IMG/VR virus record: IMGVR_UViG_3300016670_000048
Span: 22,181-86,180 of that record
DNA: 64,000 bases
Source: a virus
Lineage: Duplodnaviria > Caudoviricetes
Reading direction: 5' to 3' (one strand)
Shown here: in pieces, positions 19,353 to 29,212 of the stretch
How the letters are laid out: each line of letters opens with the position of its first letter
Position numbering within the stretch: position 1 is the first letter of the stretch
Translations under genes and position numbers: made by a program
The notes under the pieces: generated by a model
What the model saw: the letters and a program-made list of their open reading frames with translations, nothing else
The model's database searches: none
Told to the model about the DNA's origin: nothing

Positions 19353-20804
19353 TTACGTAATGATAATATTAATAGCGCTGATGCTGGCAATTTGGTCAAA
19401 ACTCACTGGGACATTGGTTGTACCAACGGGCGCTGGACTTGTACCAATCTTCAAGGATACAACCTCGTGACCGGGCACCGAGTTGATCGGCGTATACAAA
19501 CGACTATAGATAACATCATCGCCAGTTCCAAGATTATCTGCAAAGTATTGTATGATTGCACTTCTGATAGCATCATTACCATTTGCTGGGAAGTTAACAT
19601 CAGTTGTGATATCAATGGAGATATATATAACCAAAGCATTAGGGCGGGAGAAACTCACATTGTGAGCAAAGCCTTGCACATCATTAATACTTACAGTGGT
19701 GTTACCATAACTCAAAATACCAATTGGTTTATTCTCCCAGATAGCATTTGCAATATCTGTAGAAAGTCCACCAACAACAATCGGTAAAAAGCTATGAGCT
19801 GGCACACCATTACCATCTACAATGCTAGTGTCATTCTCGTAGATAGTTACTTCACTGACATTATCCAGATTAATAAGGGCTGAGTAGATGGAATCTAACG
19901 TGTTTGTAGCCCTGTCATACTTACCGTTGCGGAACCTTAAACGAAGTTCTTCATCAGTTTCTCGTTCAGTGCCGGGAGTAGCTGCGGCAGGATTTATAAC
20001 ACTGTCCCAGCCAAGCATTGGAGTTAGAATGGTATCAATAGTATTTGCTGGCTGAACAATAACACCAGCAACAGTTGCTACAACTTCGCCAACAGTACGA
20101 ACTTTAACAATCCCAAGATTAGGGGTGGTTGTAAAGTTTACTGTCTGGAAGATATCATTACGGTTAATTACTAAAGTGCCGGTAGCACCAGTACCAACAA
20201 CTGTAGCTGTAAGACTTGGATGAGCACCAATGATTACAGTACGAAGACCATTCAGGATTTCATCATAAGTTGCACTTGCATCAGATGTGAAGGTAATGGT
20301 ATTGGTGCTAGTTGTGTTGGAATAACTGATGCTGTAAGCTGTGCTATTGGCTAGGGTGACTACGGAGACGGTGACACCACTAGCGTTGCTAGGAGACAGA
20401 GAAATAGCGCCAACTGTAGTGAATTGCTCACCAGTTGTGGAGCTGCTTACAGTTTGTCCTACAGGGATTAGCGTATTCGTATCACCAGCTACAAGAATAG
20501 ATGATGTGGTAAAGGTTTGTTCTTTACGAGTGAGTCCAGCATAAGCTACGAGGTTATCAAGAGCAATACCTGTAGCAGAGTTTGGGTCAAAGGCTGCATA
20601 TACTTCTTGAGCAGCTTCCCATAGGTCAGCTTCAGAGGGGGCAGCTAGGGAGATAAGGCGACCGAGGGCGGAAGAATCTGAAACATCGACGGTATCGCCT
20701 ACAGCCGTGAGGTCTATAAAAAGTTGTACAGCCAAGGCCCTATCATCTGCCAAGATATCGGCCAAGCGTTTAATGACAAACCCGGCGTCTGTTAAACCTG
20801 CCAT
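19353..20804 (-). CDS. baseplate J-like protein
   Basis: LWEAAQEVY...ATGIALD, ETDEELRLR, HSFLPIVVGG. Confidence 0.92.
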   Translation of the reverse strand: MAGLTDAGFVIKRLADILADDRALAVQLFIDLTAVGDTVDVSDSSALGRLISLAAPSEADLWEAAQEVYAAFDPNSATGIALDNLVAYAGLTRKEQTFTTSSILVAGDTNTLIPVGQTVSSSTTGEQFTTVGAISLSPSNASGVTVSVVTLANSTAYSISYSNTTSTNTITFTSDASATYDEILNGLRTVIIGAHPSLTATVVGTGATGTLVINRNDIFQTVNFTTTPNLGIVKVRTVGEVVATVAGVIVQPANTIDTILTPMLGWDSVINPAAATPGTERETDEELRLRFRNGKYDRATNTLDSIYSALINLDNVSEVTIYENDTSIVDGNGVPAHSFLPIVVGGLSTDIANAIWENKPIGILSYGNTTVSINDVQGFAHNVSFSRPNALVIYISIDITTDVNFPANGNDAIRSAIIQYFADNLGTGDDVIYSRLYTPINSVPGHEVVSLKIGTSPAPVGTTNVPVSFDQIASISAINIIIT

Positions 20805-20816
20805 GTGTTGGAATCC

Positions 20817-21740
20817 TTAAAATTGATTTAATTGGATGTCTAGAAATTCCCCGAGACTTTGTATTGGGAAAGTTTCCGTGTAACCTTTTGGCAATTCATG
20901 TTTAAGGAAATAGGCTGGTAACTGAGCTTTTATTTGCCTTTCATGTTCACTTGCTTTATAACCATCTTCGTACTCCCACTTACAAGAGAGTTCAAATTTT
21001 ATTCCCAGCGATTCGTTATACTTTCCATGCTCATACAATCTCCTTTTCAAGTCTCCAGTGATGCCATATTTATATCCGATTAGAATGTCATGTTCTGATA
21101 TAACCCTAACCAGATACAATGTCGCTGGATTCTTAGTATTGAACCCATACCCAGCGCATTTTGTGCACCTGCTTCCATTGCGAATAGAGTGTACTGTTGT
21201 TTCCCAATTAGCTTCACAAGCCTCACAGTAACAAGTCACCCTTAATCTCTCCTTATCCCCAGAAGTATATTGAAAGTTCTCTAGTTTATAAGGTTGTCCT
21301 GCCAGATGATTAGTAAGTTCCAGATGAAGTTCTTGTTCGGTAAGCCGTCTTGCTTTATTACATGCAGCACAGCCACCGTCTTGATATATAAAACTATTAT
21401 ATCTTGACTTGGTGACATAAGTGCAAACGTTGCAATAGAGTTCTAAATATCCCCTTGATAAACTAAGATCGGCACTAATTAGAGTAAGATTTTTATCTTT
21501 AATCTTGTTCTTAATTACCTTTAGTTTACGGTCTGGACTGCAATTTGCTTTCTTACTACACAAACAAGACTTTCGATCCCTCAACATATTTTTAGCAGTG
21601 TTTTTAAACACATATGAGCAGACAAGACATCTGAATTCAAAAGTGGTCGATTGAGAGTAATTTTCGGGCACTTCAAGGACTTCATAAAGATCACCGAAAT
21701 GTTTAACTATACTGTTTGGAAAGAGTTCAGATAAGATCAT
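20817..21740 (-). CDS. putative homing endonuclease, same family as 18454..19341
   Basis: CxxC repeats; GFNTKNPATLYL...YKYGIT. Confidence 0.75.
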   Translation of the reverse strand: MILSELFPNSIVKHFGDLYEVLEVPENYSQSTTFEFRCLVCSYVFKNTAKNMLRDRKSCLCSKKANCSPDRKLKVIKNKIKDKNLTLISADLSLSRGYLELYCNVCTYVTKSRYNSFIYQDGGCAACNKARRLTEQELHLELTNHLAGQPYKLENFQYTSGDKERLRVTCYCEACEANWETTVHSIRNGSRCTKCAGYGFNTKNPATLYLVRVISEHDILIGYKYGITGDLKRRLYEHGKYNESLGIKFELSCKWEYEDGYKASEHERQIKAQLPAYFLKHELPKGYTETFPIQSLGEFLDIQLNQF

Positions 21741-21742
21741 AA

Positions 21743-22114
21743 TTAATTCAACGGCTGAATAAGTATGGGGGCCGTAACTTCACCAGTAACAACTCTCACT
21801 TTAAACACCAAAGAATATTGACGATTTACAAAAGTAGAATCAAAACTAACAATCTCTTTAACACCATCCTCTGCTAATATTTGACTTTGGAAAATCAAAT
21901 CCGCTGCTGCTTTAGAGGTTTGCTTCTGCCCCAACAGACGTTCGAAGTAGGGGACGCCATATACCATATTGATGAACCATTCCGAATAGAAGGTCAATAA
22001 ACGGATCTTTAGACGCTGACCGACAGTTTCAGTTAAAGGCTGGGTTGTTTCTTCTTTTCGAAGGGGACCATTCCGCCAAATTATATCCCAGTCCTGACTA
22101 AGCTTGAAGTCAAT
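21743..22114 (-). CDS. baseplate wedge subunit (gp25-like), probable ATT start, 123 aa
   Basis: GGAGG then 6 nt then ATT GAC TTC AAG. Frame is open upstream of the listed TTG and includes VGQRLKIRLLTFYSEWF. Confidence 0.8.
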   Translation of the reverse strand: MDFKLSQDWDIIWRNGPLRKEETTQPLTETVGQRLKIRLLTFYSEWFINMVYGVPYFERLLGQKQTSKAAADLIFQSQILAEDGVKEIVSFDSTFVNRQYSLVFKVRVVTGEVTAPILIQPLN

Positions 22115-22127
22115 AATACACCTCCAA

Positions 22128-22901
22128 TTAAGGGTTAGTTGGCGGAATAACCGCAGGAGCGTGGCGGTGGGTATTGAAAATTACACCGTTAAAGGTAGCA
22201 ACACCTGTCATAGAATAGTTGCCGACTTGTGTCAGATTACCTTGAAGGTTTATACTTCCCAGCCAATCTGTGCTTGCAACATCTACAGTCATAGTCTGTG
22301 CATTCAAATTAATACTATTAGAGGCATTAACTGTGGCATCAGAACAATTAATAATAACCGGCTGGTTAGAAGTATTAATTTCAATACTGCCATCAGACTT
22401 CAATCTTACTTCGCTTTCTGCACCACCCAGATTAGCAAAAATCACTACATCCTTAGTATCATGTGTTAGAACATGCTTTGCTGGATTATTCACAGCCACA
22501 CCGGGAGGTTGGATACCCGGAAGAAAGATAGCGTCTCCCTTGTCCATCTTAGCGAAGTTCATAGGACTTGCTGGACGACCATTGCCAGCTTTCCAACCAT
22601 CCATGTTCCTCATAGAGAACATGGCAGTGCCTGTATCACCCACCTCAATAGGGAAAGTGAACCCAGACTTTTTAGATACTTGGAAAGATACTGGGACACC
22701 GGGGATAACCGCACGCTCTTTAACAGTGCCATCTTGTTCAAGTTGATTAATCGTTGGTTGTATATCAACCATCTGACCATTCAATCCGTCCCTGACAGCC
22801 ACGACAATACAAGGTATAATTGTGTAAAGATTTTGCATTTGACTGCTAAAAGCACTAACCATCGTACTTTGTATAGCTGCTACAGCTTCAGAACTCATCA
22901 C
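22128..22901 (-). CDS. baseplate spike / puncturing protein (gp138/gpV-like)
   Basis: PGVPVSF...FTFPIEVGD, DAIFLPG; C-terminal HRH metal motif. Confidence 0.88.
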   Translation of the reverse strand: MMSSEAVAAIQSTMVSAFSSQMQNLYTIIPCIVVAVRDGLNGQMVDIQPTINQLEQDGTVKERAVIPGVPVSFQVSKKSGFTFPIEVGDTGTAMFSMRNMDGWKAGNGRPASPMNFAKMDKGDAIFLPGIQPPGVAVNNPAKHVLTHDTKDVVIFANLGGAESEVRLKSDGSIEINTSNQPVIINCSDATVNASNSINLNAQTMTVDVASTDWLGSINLQGNLTQVGNYSMTGVATFNGVIFNTHRHAPAVIPPTNP

Positions 22902-23797
22902 TTAGCTCCAGATTGAACTACTTTCTCTAAACTCACGGCTTTAAGCTCCGTATACCAGCCTGACGAACGCCATCCCCCAGAGTGTCTAAGAGATTCAACC
23001 TTAAGCCAACCTGTGATAAGAGTATCTTCTAGATATATAATATCCCCAGCTTTGATATCTGGATTAAGAAGTATCTTCATCTGAATTCCGGGCTTTTTCG
23101 CTTTGTCCTTTTTTGACCTACGACGATCACCAGAAACTCTGTAAGGAGTTTCAATCAAACCTGTGTACTTAGATATAACATAGGCCTGATTGAAGTTCTC
23201 AGTGGCTGCACGATCATTGTTGTGGACATATAGAACACCGTCATCAATTTGAGTATCTAGGGCATACTTCTCAGCAAGTTCATCCAGCATCTCTTTAGGA
23301 GTGCCCATGAGGGGGTACCCGTAGATAATCTCATTACTAAGATTTGTACCATTGTAGACGCCGCGAGATACACCGGGAAGGTTTTTACGAATGGCTTCAG
23401 CTACATCTTTGACAGTCTGGCCGGGCGCTACAAGCTCCGAAAGAATTTGATGATTCAGTTCTACGTAGCCATCTCCAAGTTGTATCTGTGTAACCCGATC
23501 CGTACCAGACTTCCTCGTAGAAACGTGGGTAACTTGACCAGAAAAGAGGCGTTTAGGTCCGCCCGTATCAAGATATCCAGCCTCGAACACTGCGGCTGGA
23601 TAGTCTGTATCCAGCAGTCTGATATGTTCAATAGATAAGTTGGTGACTTCAATAGAAGCAGAATTCGTTCTTTTCTTGTTATCCGTACTTTTACTGATAT
23701 CAAACTGAACTTGAAGATCAGTGATTTCTAATGCTTCACCAGAGTTATAGTCACCAATTATTAGTCTATACTGGCGGTTTCTCTGGATTAAGTCCAT
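22898..23797 (-). CDS. baseplate hub protein
   Basis: LQVQFDISKS, EAGY, ILLNPDIKAGD. Confidence 0.85.
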   Translation of the reverse strand: MDLIQRNRQYRLIIGDYNSGEALEITDLQVQFDISKSTDNKKRTNSASIEVTNLSIEHIRLLDTDYPAAVFEAGYLDTGGPKRLFSGQVTHVSTRKSGTDRVTQIQLGDGYVELNHQILSELVAPGQTVKDVAEAIRKNLPGVSRGVYNGTNLSNEIIYGYPLMGTPKEMLDELAEKYALDTQIDDGVLYVHNNDRAATENFNQAYVISKYTGLIETPYRVSGDRRRSKKDKAKKPGIQMKILLNPDIKAGDIIYLEDTLITGWLKVESLRHSGGWRSSGWYTELKAVSLEKVVQSGAK

Positions 23798-24132
23798 TAG
23801 TCTTCCTCTGTGTAGATATAGAAAAGATTATAATACTGATCAATTGAATCTGGGTAAACTTTATAAGGCTCACTGACAATATCCGCTTTCTCTTCCATCC
23901 AGATAAAACCTGTAAGAGGGAATATTGCATAGTCCAGAAACAAAGGATAGTTTGGAACCAAAGCTTCCCCCATTACGATGGGGTTATTATCAGCATCATA
24001 GAGATTTATAAAATACAGCTTTGCTCTTTCATTATAAACAAACTCAAAAATGTATGAGTCACCTTGAAAGGCTATTGTGTAAGTGTAGAAAGGGTCTGGA
24101 AACAAAGGCATTGCAATATATTTATCAGCCAT
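23797..24132 (-). CDS. baseplate-associated virion protein
   Basis: Position in operon; FEFVYNER...YFINLYD. Confidence 0.7.
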   Translation of the reverse strand: MADKYIAMPLFPDPFYTYTIAFQGDSYIFEFVYNERAKLYFINLYDADNNPIVMGEALVPNYPLFLDYAIFPLTGFIWMEEKADIVSEPYKVYPDSIDQYYNLFYIYTEED

Positions 24133-24922
24133 TTTCCCTTGCCTGCCTTAGTGGATCTGTGTCTTTGGGAGCATTACTTCCAGCATTAGGTCCGTCTACA
24201 TCTTGAGGAGTGCTGTCTTGTCTACCCTTTGAAGCTTTACTTGAAGATTTCTTTTTCAAGGAATCTTGAACATCTTTCGGGATTGTTGTCTTCTTCAAAA
24301 AAGCAAACGTAACTTGCTCAAAAGTGATATCACAATAAAGAGCATAACCTGTGTTAGCGTCTTCCTTGAAAGTGATCTTGGTCATTACAAGATTATTAAT
24401 CACTTTACGCAAAGAGATGTTATCATATTCAAACAAACGAACCAATTGGATACTAGGGTCAAACTGTCCTGTCTTATCGTTATAGATAACACCAGATGTA
24501 AGGTCAATCAGAGCTTGTCTAATCTGCTCAATTAAATCTGTTCGTCTGGCATCAACTACTACTTCTGGTTGATCATCTGAAAGAAACTGTCCAATACTAT
24601 CTGGTAGAAATTTCTTTAGCACACTTTGATCAGTAGAGTTAACACTAACAGGAGTAGGTGCCTCATTACTGTTATAAGGACTATTACCATCCAAATCTTG
24701 AATTAGGTAAGTACCAGTAGAAATATCTACCCCAGTAATCACAGCACCAATTGTGAAGACCGGATTATTTTTAATAAAATGATCTGTGACATTTCCGCCA
24801 GCATCTATTGGATGTTTTGTGACCTGACCACTGTAATTTTGCGTATATGCCTGTACAGCATCACAGTAGATAAACCCACCATCCTGAACAGAGGAGTCAC
24901 CCCATTCGATTGCCAAACTCAT
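24125..24922 (-). CDS. tail-tube initiator / Dit-like protein
   Basis: VTKHPIDAGGNVTDH motif; directly downstream of tape measure. Confidence 0.8.
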   Translation of the reverse strand: MSLAIEWGDSSVQDGGFIYCDAVQAYTQNYSGQVTKHPIDAGGNVTDHFIKNNPVFTIGAVITGVDISTGTYLIQDLDGNSPYNSNEAPTPVSVNSTDQSVLKKFLPDSIGQFLSDDQPEVVVDARRTDLIEQIRQALIDLTSGVIYNDKTGQFDPSIQLVRLFEYDNISLRKVINNLVMTKITFKEDANTGYALYCDITFEQVTFAFLKKTTIPKDVQDSLKKKSSSKASKGRQDSTPQDVDGPNAGSNAPKDTDPLRQARENG

Positions 24923-24932
24923 AGGTGACTCC

Positions 24933-26007
24933 TTATTGTTTCACTGGGAATTGAACATTCACTTGATCAAAAGATTGAACAAACATATTTGCAACAGCTT
25001 CACCAATTGCTTGCGCTTGTGCATTAGCATCCATACCTTGCAGAGTAGACCCATCAACATTTACAACTATATCAATTTGATTGCTGTTGTTTGTCACAAT
25101 ACCCATAGCCTTATCATCGGCTGCGGCCTTAGCCATTTCAGCCTGTTGGTCATCATAGCCAGCAGCATCTTGGTAATATCGCGAGGTTGGATCTTCATAG
25201 ACAGCCCTGCCACGTTCCTTAGCCTTAGCTAAATTGAAACCTGTGTTGTTTATAATATCCCCAACAACAGCAGCAGGTGATGGATACTTCCAACCAAACA
25301 AATTGGCTTCTTCAGTGGAGCTATTATTTGTCTCGGTGGTTGGTAGATTACCACTTTTCCATCTTTGGAATTCACCAATTGCATTAAGTATAGCGGCAAG
25401 TTCTTTAGTTGTGGCTTGGAGGGTTGGAAGAAATTCACCAAACAGATTAGTAGGGTTCAGTGCAGACATTTGCTCCCACAGAGTCTTAATGTCTTGCCAA
25501 TCTTTTACTAACTGTGATGTTTTGCCTATTCCCAACCAATCTGCTACAAGGCTATCTTTTCCCTCAAGTGCTCTGATAAAAGACTGAGGGAAAAGAAGTA
25601 GATCGTCTGCCCATTTTGTAGCATCATTGAATCCCTCAGCGAGTGTACGAATGAGGCTTCCACTCTCACTCAAACCGGCATTCAAAGTCCTGAAGATTCT
25701 TGCAAAGCCTTCTTCTACGCCTGAGTTAGAGGCGAGAACAGCCATGTCATTTACAGAGTTTTGATAACGAGCTTGTTCAGCCTGAGAGGCTTGGCTTGCG
25801 GATGCCAAGGCACCCCCTGCATTAGCCCTTTGAGATGCGGCAGCACCGGCATAGGTCAGAATGTCGCTAGTTACCTTACCCTTCTTCATATCAGCTAAAA
25901 GCTGTTGAATAGCATCTGCACCAGTTTTATTACCGCCAATCTTAGCTTGATACGCCTGTGCAAACAGGGCTGTACCACCGGGCAATGCCTCCGCGATTTG
26001 TCCTGTA
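24933..26007 (-). CDS. tape measure protein, exon 2
   Basis: Resumes t|ACA GGA CAA ATC GCG GAG GCA TTG CCC GGT (TGQIAEALPG), continuing the conserved tape-measure motif. Confidence 0.9.
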
Positions 26008-26742
26008 CTTTATATTCAAGCAGAGACGCTACTCTCTGCCCCGTTCACTTATGAACTGCTATAACTCTCGCTATAGAATAGACTATATCTTAGTGTTTTG
26101 TAGGTAATTTATAGCATTGTGTAAAATATCTTGGCAATCTTTCGCGTGACCAATAATAAGATTACAACTATTGCAAAGAAGACCCCTGACCTTGCCCGTT
26201 TCATGGCAATGATCAATATTTAATCCATAGTAGATATTTCTACCATTTCTACAAATAATTTCGTGTTTACCACAAATCTTACAGCAATCGTCTTGTAAGA
26301 TTCTCATCTGATCATAATAAGGTTTATCTATACCGACAAACTTCAGTTTAATTTTTAAAGAAGCGCACTCAAAACAAACAGTGTTGTACTTTAAAAGATC
26401 AGTGTCTTGGTAATTTTCACGGTCTTTTCTCTTGGCGAACTTAACAATTTCAAGTTCTCCTTTGCAATACGTACAAATTTTATACAATTAACACCCCTCC
26501 TGTTTCGGCTGTGCTTACAGCCTACTCTACTCCGTTCCACATCTCTGTGCCGTTTCGATAGTCGTTGAACGTTCCCTTTTGGGCTTCGCTGCTGATTTTC
26601 CAAAATAGTTGTTTTCAAACATTCACGCTTGAACCATATATTCTACTTAGGTTCTACGTTGTAGTCAACTATTAATAAGGACTTTCCAGCAATTAAGGAG
26701 GTAAATTTTTCTACGTATTTCTACGCAGCGAGCCTAATATTA
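26008..26742 (-). mobile_element. group I self-splicing intron (735 nt, phage IA2-like) in tape measure gene
   Basis: P AAUUGCUGGAAA, Q AAUCAGCAG, R GUUCAACGACUA, S AAGAUAUAGUCU. P1 GAGCU/GGCUC with U.G at the 5' splice site, terminal omega-G, P9 hairpins. Removal restores the reading frame. Confidence 0.95.
26083..26487 (-). CDS. intron-encoded homing endonuclease, endonuclease VII family
   Basis: QDDCCKICG...IDHCHETGKVRGLLCNSCNLIIG; located in P8 loop. Confidence 0.92.
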   Translation of the reverse strand: MYKICTYCKGELEIVKFAKRKDRENYQDTDLLKYNTVCFECASLKIKLKFVGIDKPYYDQMRILQDDCCKICGKHEIICRNGRNIYYGLNIDHCHETGKVRGLLCNSCNLIIGHAKDCQDILHNAINYLQNTKI

Positions 26743-27545
26743 AGCTCTTCACTCATAAGCTTTCCTTTACCAGCAACTTGTGAAAGTGCTCGGAAAAGTC
26801 TGTTCTGAGTAGTTTTGTCTAGCTTATTCACCCGTGCCAATTCAGCAAAACCAGAGAATACTTTCTGACTTTCTTTCAGTCCAATACCTGAACCAGTAAG
26901 ACCGGAGATTAGTTTGTTGTAATCTTGAGAAGCATCTAGGTAGTTAAAACCAATCCTCTGCCCTTCATTCTTAAGGTATTGGAAGGAGTCTTTACCTTGT
27001 TGCTCTGTACCACCAGCTTGTTGTACAACAGCAGTGGATTGCAATTCAGCAGATACCACTTGTTGGTTTTTACGATTCAATGCAGCCAAACCATAAGCAC
27101 CAAATCCTAATGCTAAGCCACCACCAAGCAAGCCTCCCATACCACCAAATACCGCACCGCCTCTTGCAGCCCTACTTCCGGGGACAGGTACAGGGACCGG
27201 TGGATGAGGACCCCCACCGGGAGGCAAAGGTGGGCCGGGTGGTGGAACTGGCAGCCTACGAGCAGCACGTAACAAAGCTGCTAACAAATTCCTATCATTA
27301 ACAACAAACCTAGATATCTCAAAGGCAACTTTAGGGCTTGCTGCATCGAGTGCAGTTCCAAGAGTCTTTGTAAGCTTAGCTTGGTCCACTGTAAAACCAG
27401 TAATATTTAGGACAATAGGTTTACCAGCAATCTTACCAAACTTTAAGATTCTAGCTTCCAATCGACTTAATATAGTATCAACACGCTTGACACTTGTCTG
27501 GTCAATGTGCATACCGATGGAAGCGAAGTATTTCGCTATATTCAA
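26743..27545 (-). CDS. tape measure protein, exon 1
   Basis: Tape-measure N-terminal motif RALSQVAGKGKLMSEEL; 803 nt ending in codon phase 2. Confidence 0.9.
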
Positions 27546-27559
27546 GGTTCAATACTCCG

Positions 27560-27817
27560 TTATTTCTTTGGTTTATTAGCTGCTGCTTTATCCCTAGCTT
27601 GCTTTTCTAGAGAGTCATGAATATCCAACATTTCAATCATCTTCAAAAGCTGTCTAGTAGAGTATTTCCACTCCATCTCAGCAGCTAGCGTAAGACCCCC
27701 CTTCTCATGCATTGCTATCCTATAGATGCTCCAATGCTGGGAGAATGTTTTATCTATTTCTTTTTCTAACGGCGTTGGTGGGGCTTTTCCCGATGCAGTT
27801 GACTCACTTGGAGTCAA
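27560..27817 (-). CDS. tail assembly chaperone, downstream (gpT-like) segment
   Basis: Lies between chaperone and tape measure; -1 frame overlap with upstream ORF. Confidence 0.65.
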   Translation of the reverse strand: MTPSESTASGKAPPTPLEKEIDKTFSQHWSIYRIAMHEKGGLTLAAEMEWKYSTRQLLKMIEMLDIHDSLEKQARDKAAANKPKK

Positions 27818-28137
27818 GCTTCTTCTGAATCGGGTGCCTGAAAAAGTTCTTCGAAGTTGAAATTCAGAACCTCTTTATATAGCTTATTGAGGTGTGCATA
27901 ACGACGTGCAAAGATCATATCAAAAGATTTTTCAGTGATTTGCATATTATCTTTGGATACATAGTTACAGATGATTTGTTTCATCTGACTAAGATCAGCT
28001 TTACCCTCATCAATAGCCGCTTGATGCTTTTCAATAAACATCAAACCTTTAGTGGCGGGCATAGCACTAACCAGATAATCTACATCATCAACTGTGAGAG
28101 TTGTTTGTTCCAATACTTGAAATTGTGGAGCTGCCAT
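27814..28137 (-). CDS. tail assembly chaperone (gpG-like)
   Basis: Position between tube genes and tape measure. Confidence 0.7.
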   Translation of the reverse strand: MAAPQFQVLEQTTLTVDDVDYLVSAMPATKGLMFIEKHQAAIDEGKADLSQMKQIICNYVSKDNMQITEKSFDMIFARRYAHLNKLYKEVLNFNFEELFQAPDSEEA

Positions 28138-28160
28138 TTATTTTATCTCAGAATTAAAAT

Positions 28161-28658
28161 TTAAAACAAGCCCTCAACGAAGTTTGTAGCTTCTTTTAAG
28201 GCGCCATCAAACAATGAAGTGCTAGGTCTGGAGTTACCGTAAACCTTGAAAGTATCAGTTGTTTGACAAAAGATTTCCCAGTTTCTATACTCAAACTGAC
28301 CAGAGAAGGTAACTGAAGGATAACCAGTAATAAAAGCTTCGTTGGAGTTGAATACAGAGCGTCCTGAGTTATCTTTGAGTGTTAGAGCAATCCTTGCAGT
28401 TCCTTCTTCTAGATCAAGCTCATGAATGTATGATAATACATCATTACTCTGCGATGACTGAAGAATGGGGAAAGTAAGTGTTGCAGAAGTGTCACGATTT
28501 ACTACACGTGTATTTTTACCACGGATACCCCGGATGGGAGTAAAACCTTTTGAAGATCTTGTAATACTAATTGACTGCCAACCAGTAACTTGATATCCAC
28601 CTATGATTAAAACTACATCTTTTGGGCTGTATGTTTTCACATCAAAAGTATTAGCCAT
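28161..28658 (-). CDS. tail tube-like protein (DUF3277 family), copy 3
   Basis: TYSPKDVVLIIGG, LTLKDNSG. Confidence 0.8.
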   Translation of the reverse strand: MANTFDVKTYSPKDVVLIIGGYQVTGWQSISITRSSKGFTPIRGIRGKNTRVVNRDTSATLTFPILQSSQSNDVLSYIHELDLEEGTARIALTLKDNSGRSVFNSNEAFITGYPSVTFSGQFEYRNWEIFCQTTDTFKVYGNSRPSTSLFDGALKEATNFVEGLF

Positions 28659-29161
28659 TAGATAATACCTTCAATGGTTGGTATGGCTGAAACTGCAAGG
28701 TTAACAAGGCTTTCAAGGATAGATGAGGCATCCCCATTACCACCAATGTTGATGACTGCTTGAGATGATCTTAGTACCCAAGTTCGACTATCAAAGTTAT
28801 TGCTTTTAACAATAGACGCTGGAGATTCAATCCACGTAGTGGTTGAGAAGAACATGTCACTACCGCTTGAATCACGCACCATCAGTGGAAATTTACCACG
28901 CTGGGTTATTTCATCTAACTGCCAGAACTTTGTTAACACATCATTTGAATCACTGCCGCTATAAAGAGTCAACGTAATTGTGTAAGTTTGGTCATTGTTA
29001 TAAAGACGTGCTACAGTTCCATCTGGAGTTCTGGTTGAGCTGAATGGCACTATATCCTTTCTTACTTCTAGGAAAGTTCCATCTACAAAACCAGATATTG
29101 GAAGTATCCCACCAATAAGAACTGTAACTTGTTCTGGAATATAAGTAGCTAATTGAGTCAT
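28658..29161 (-). CDS. tail tube-like protein (DUF3277 family), copy 2
   Basis: TYIPEQVTVLIGG, SNDVL, VRDSSG. Confidence 0.8.
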   Translation of the reverse strand: MTQLATYIPEQVTVLIGGILPISGFVDGTFLEVRKDIVPFSSTRTPDGTVARLYNNDQTYTITLTLYSGSDSNDVLTKFWQLDEITQRGKFPLMVRDSSGSDMFFSTTTWIESPASIVKSNNFDSRTWVLRSSQAVINIGGNGDASSILESLVNLAVSAIPTIEGII

Positions 29162-29212
29162 TAAATATTCCTTGGTGGAAAGAGGGTAAAGTCACTACCC
29201 TCGTATTATTGC

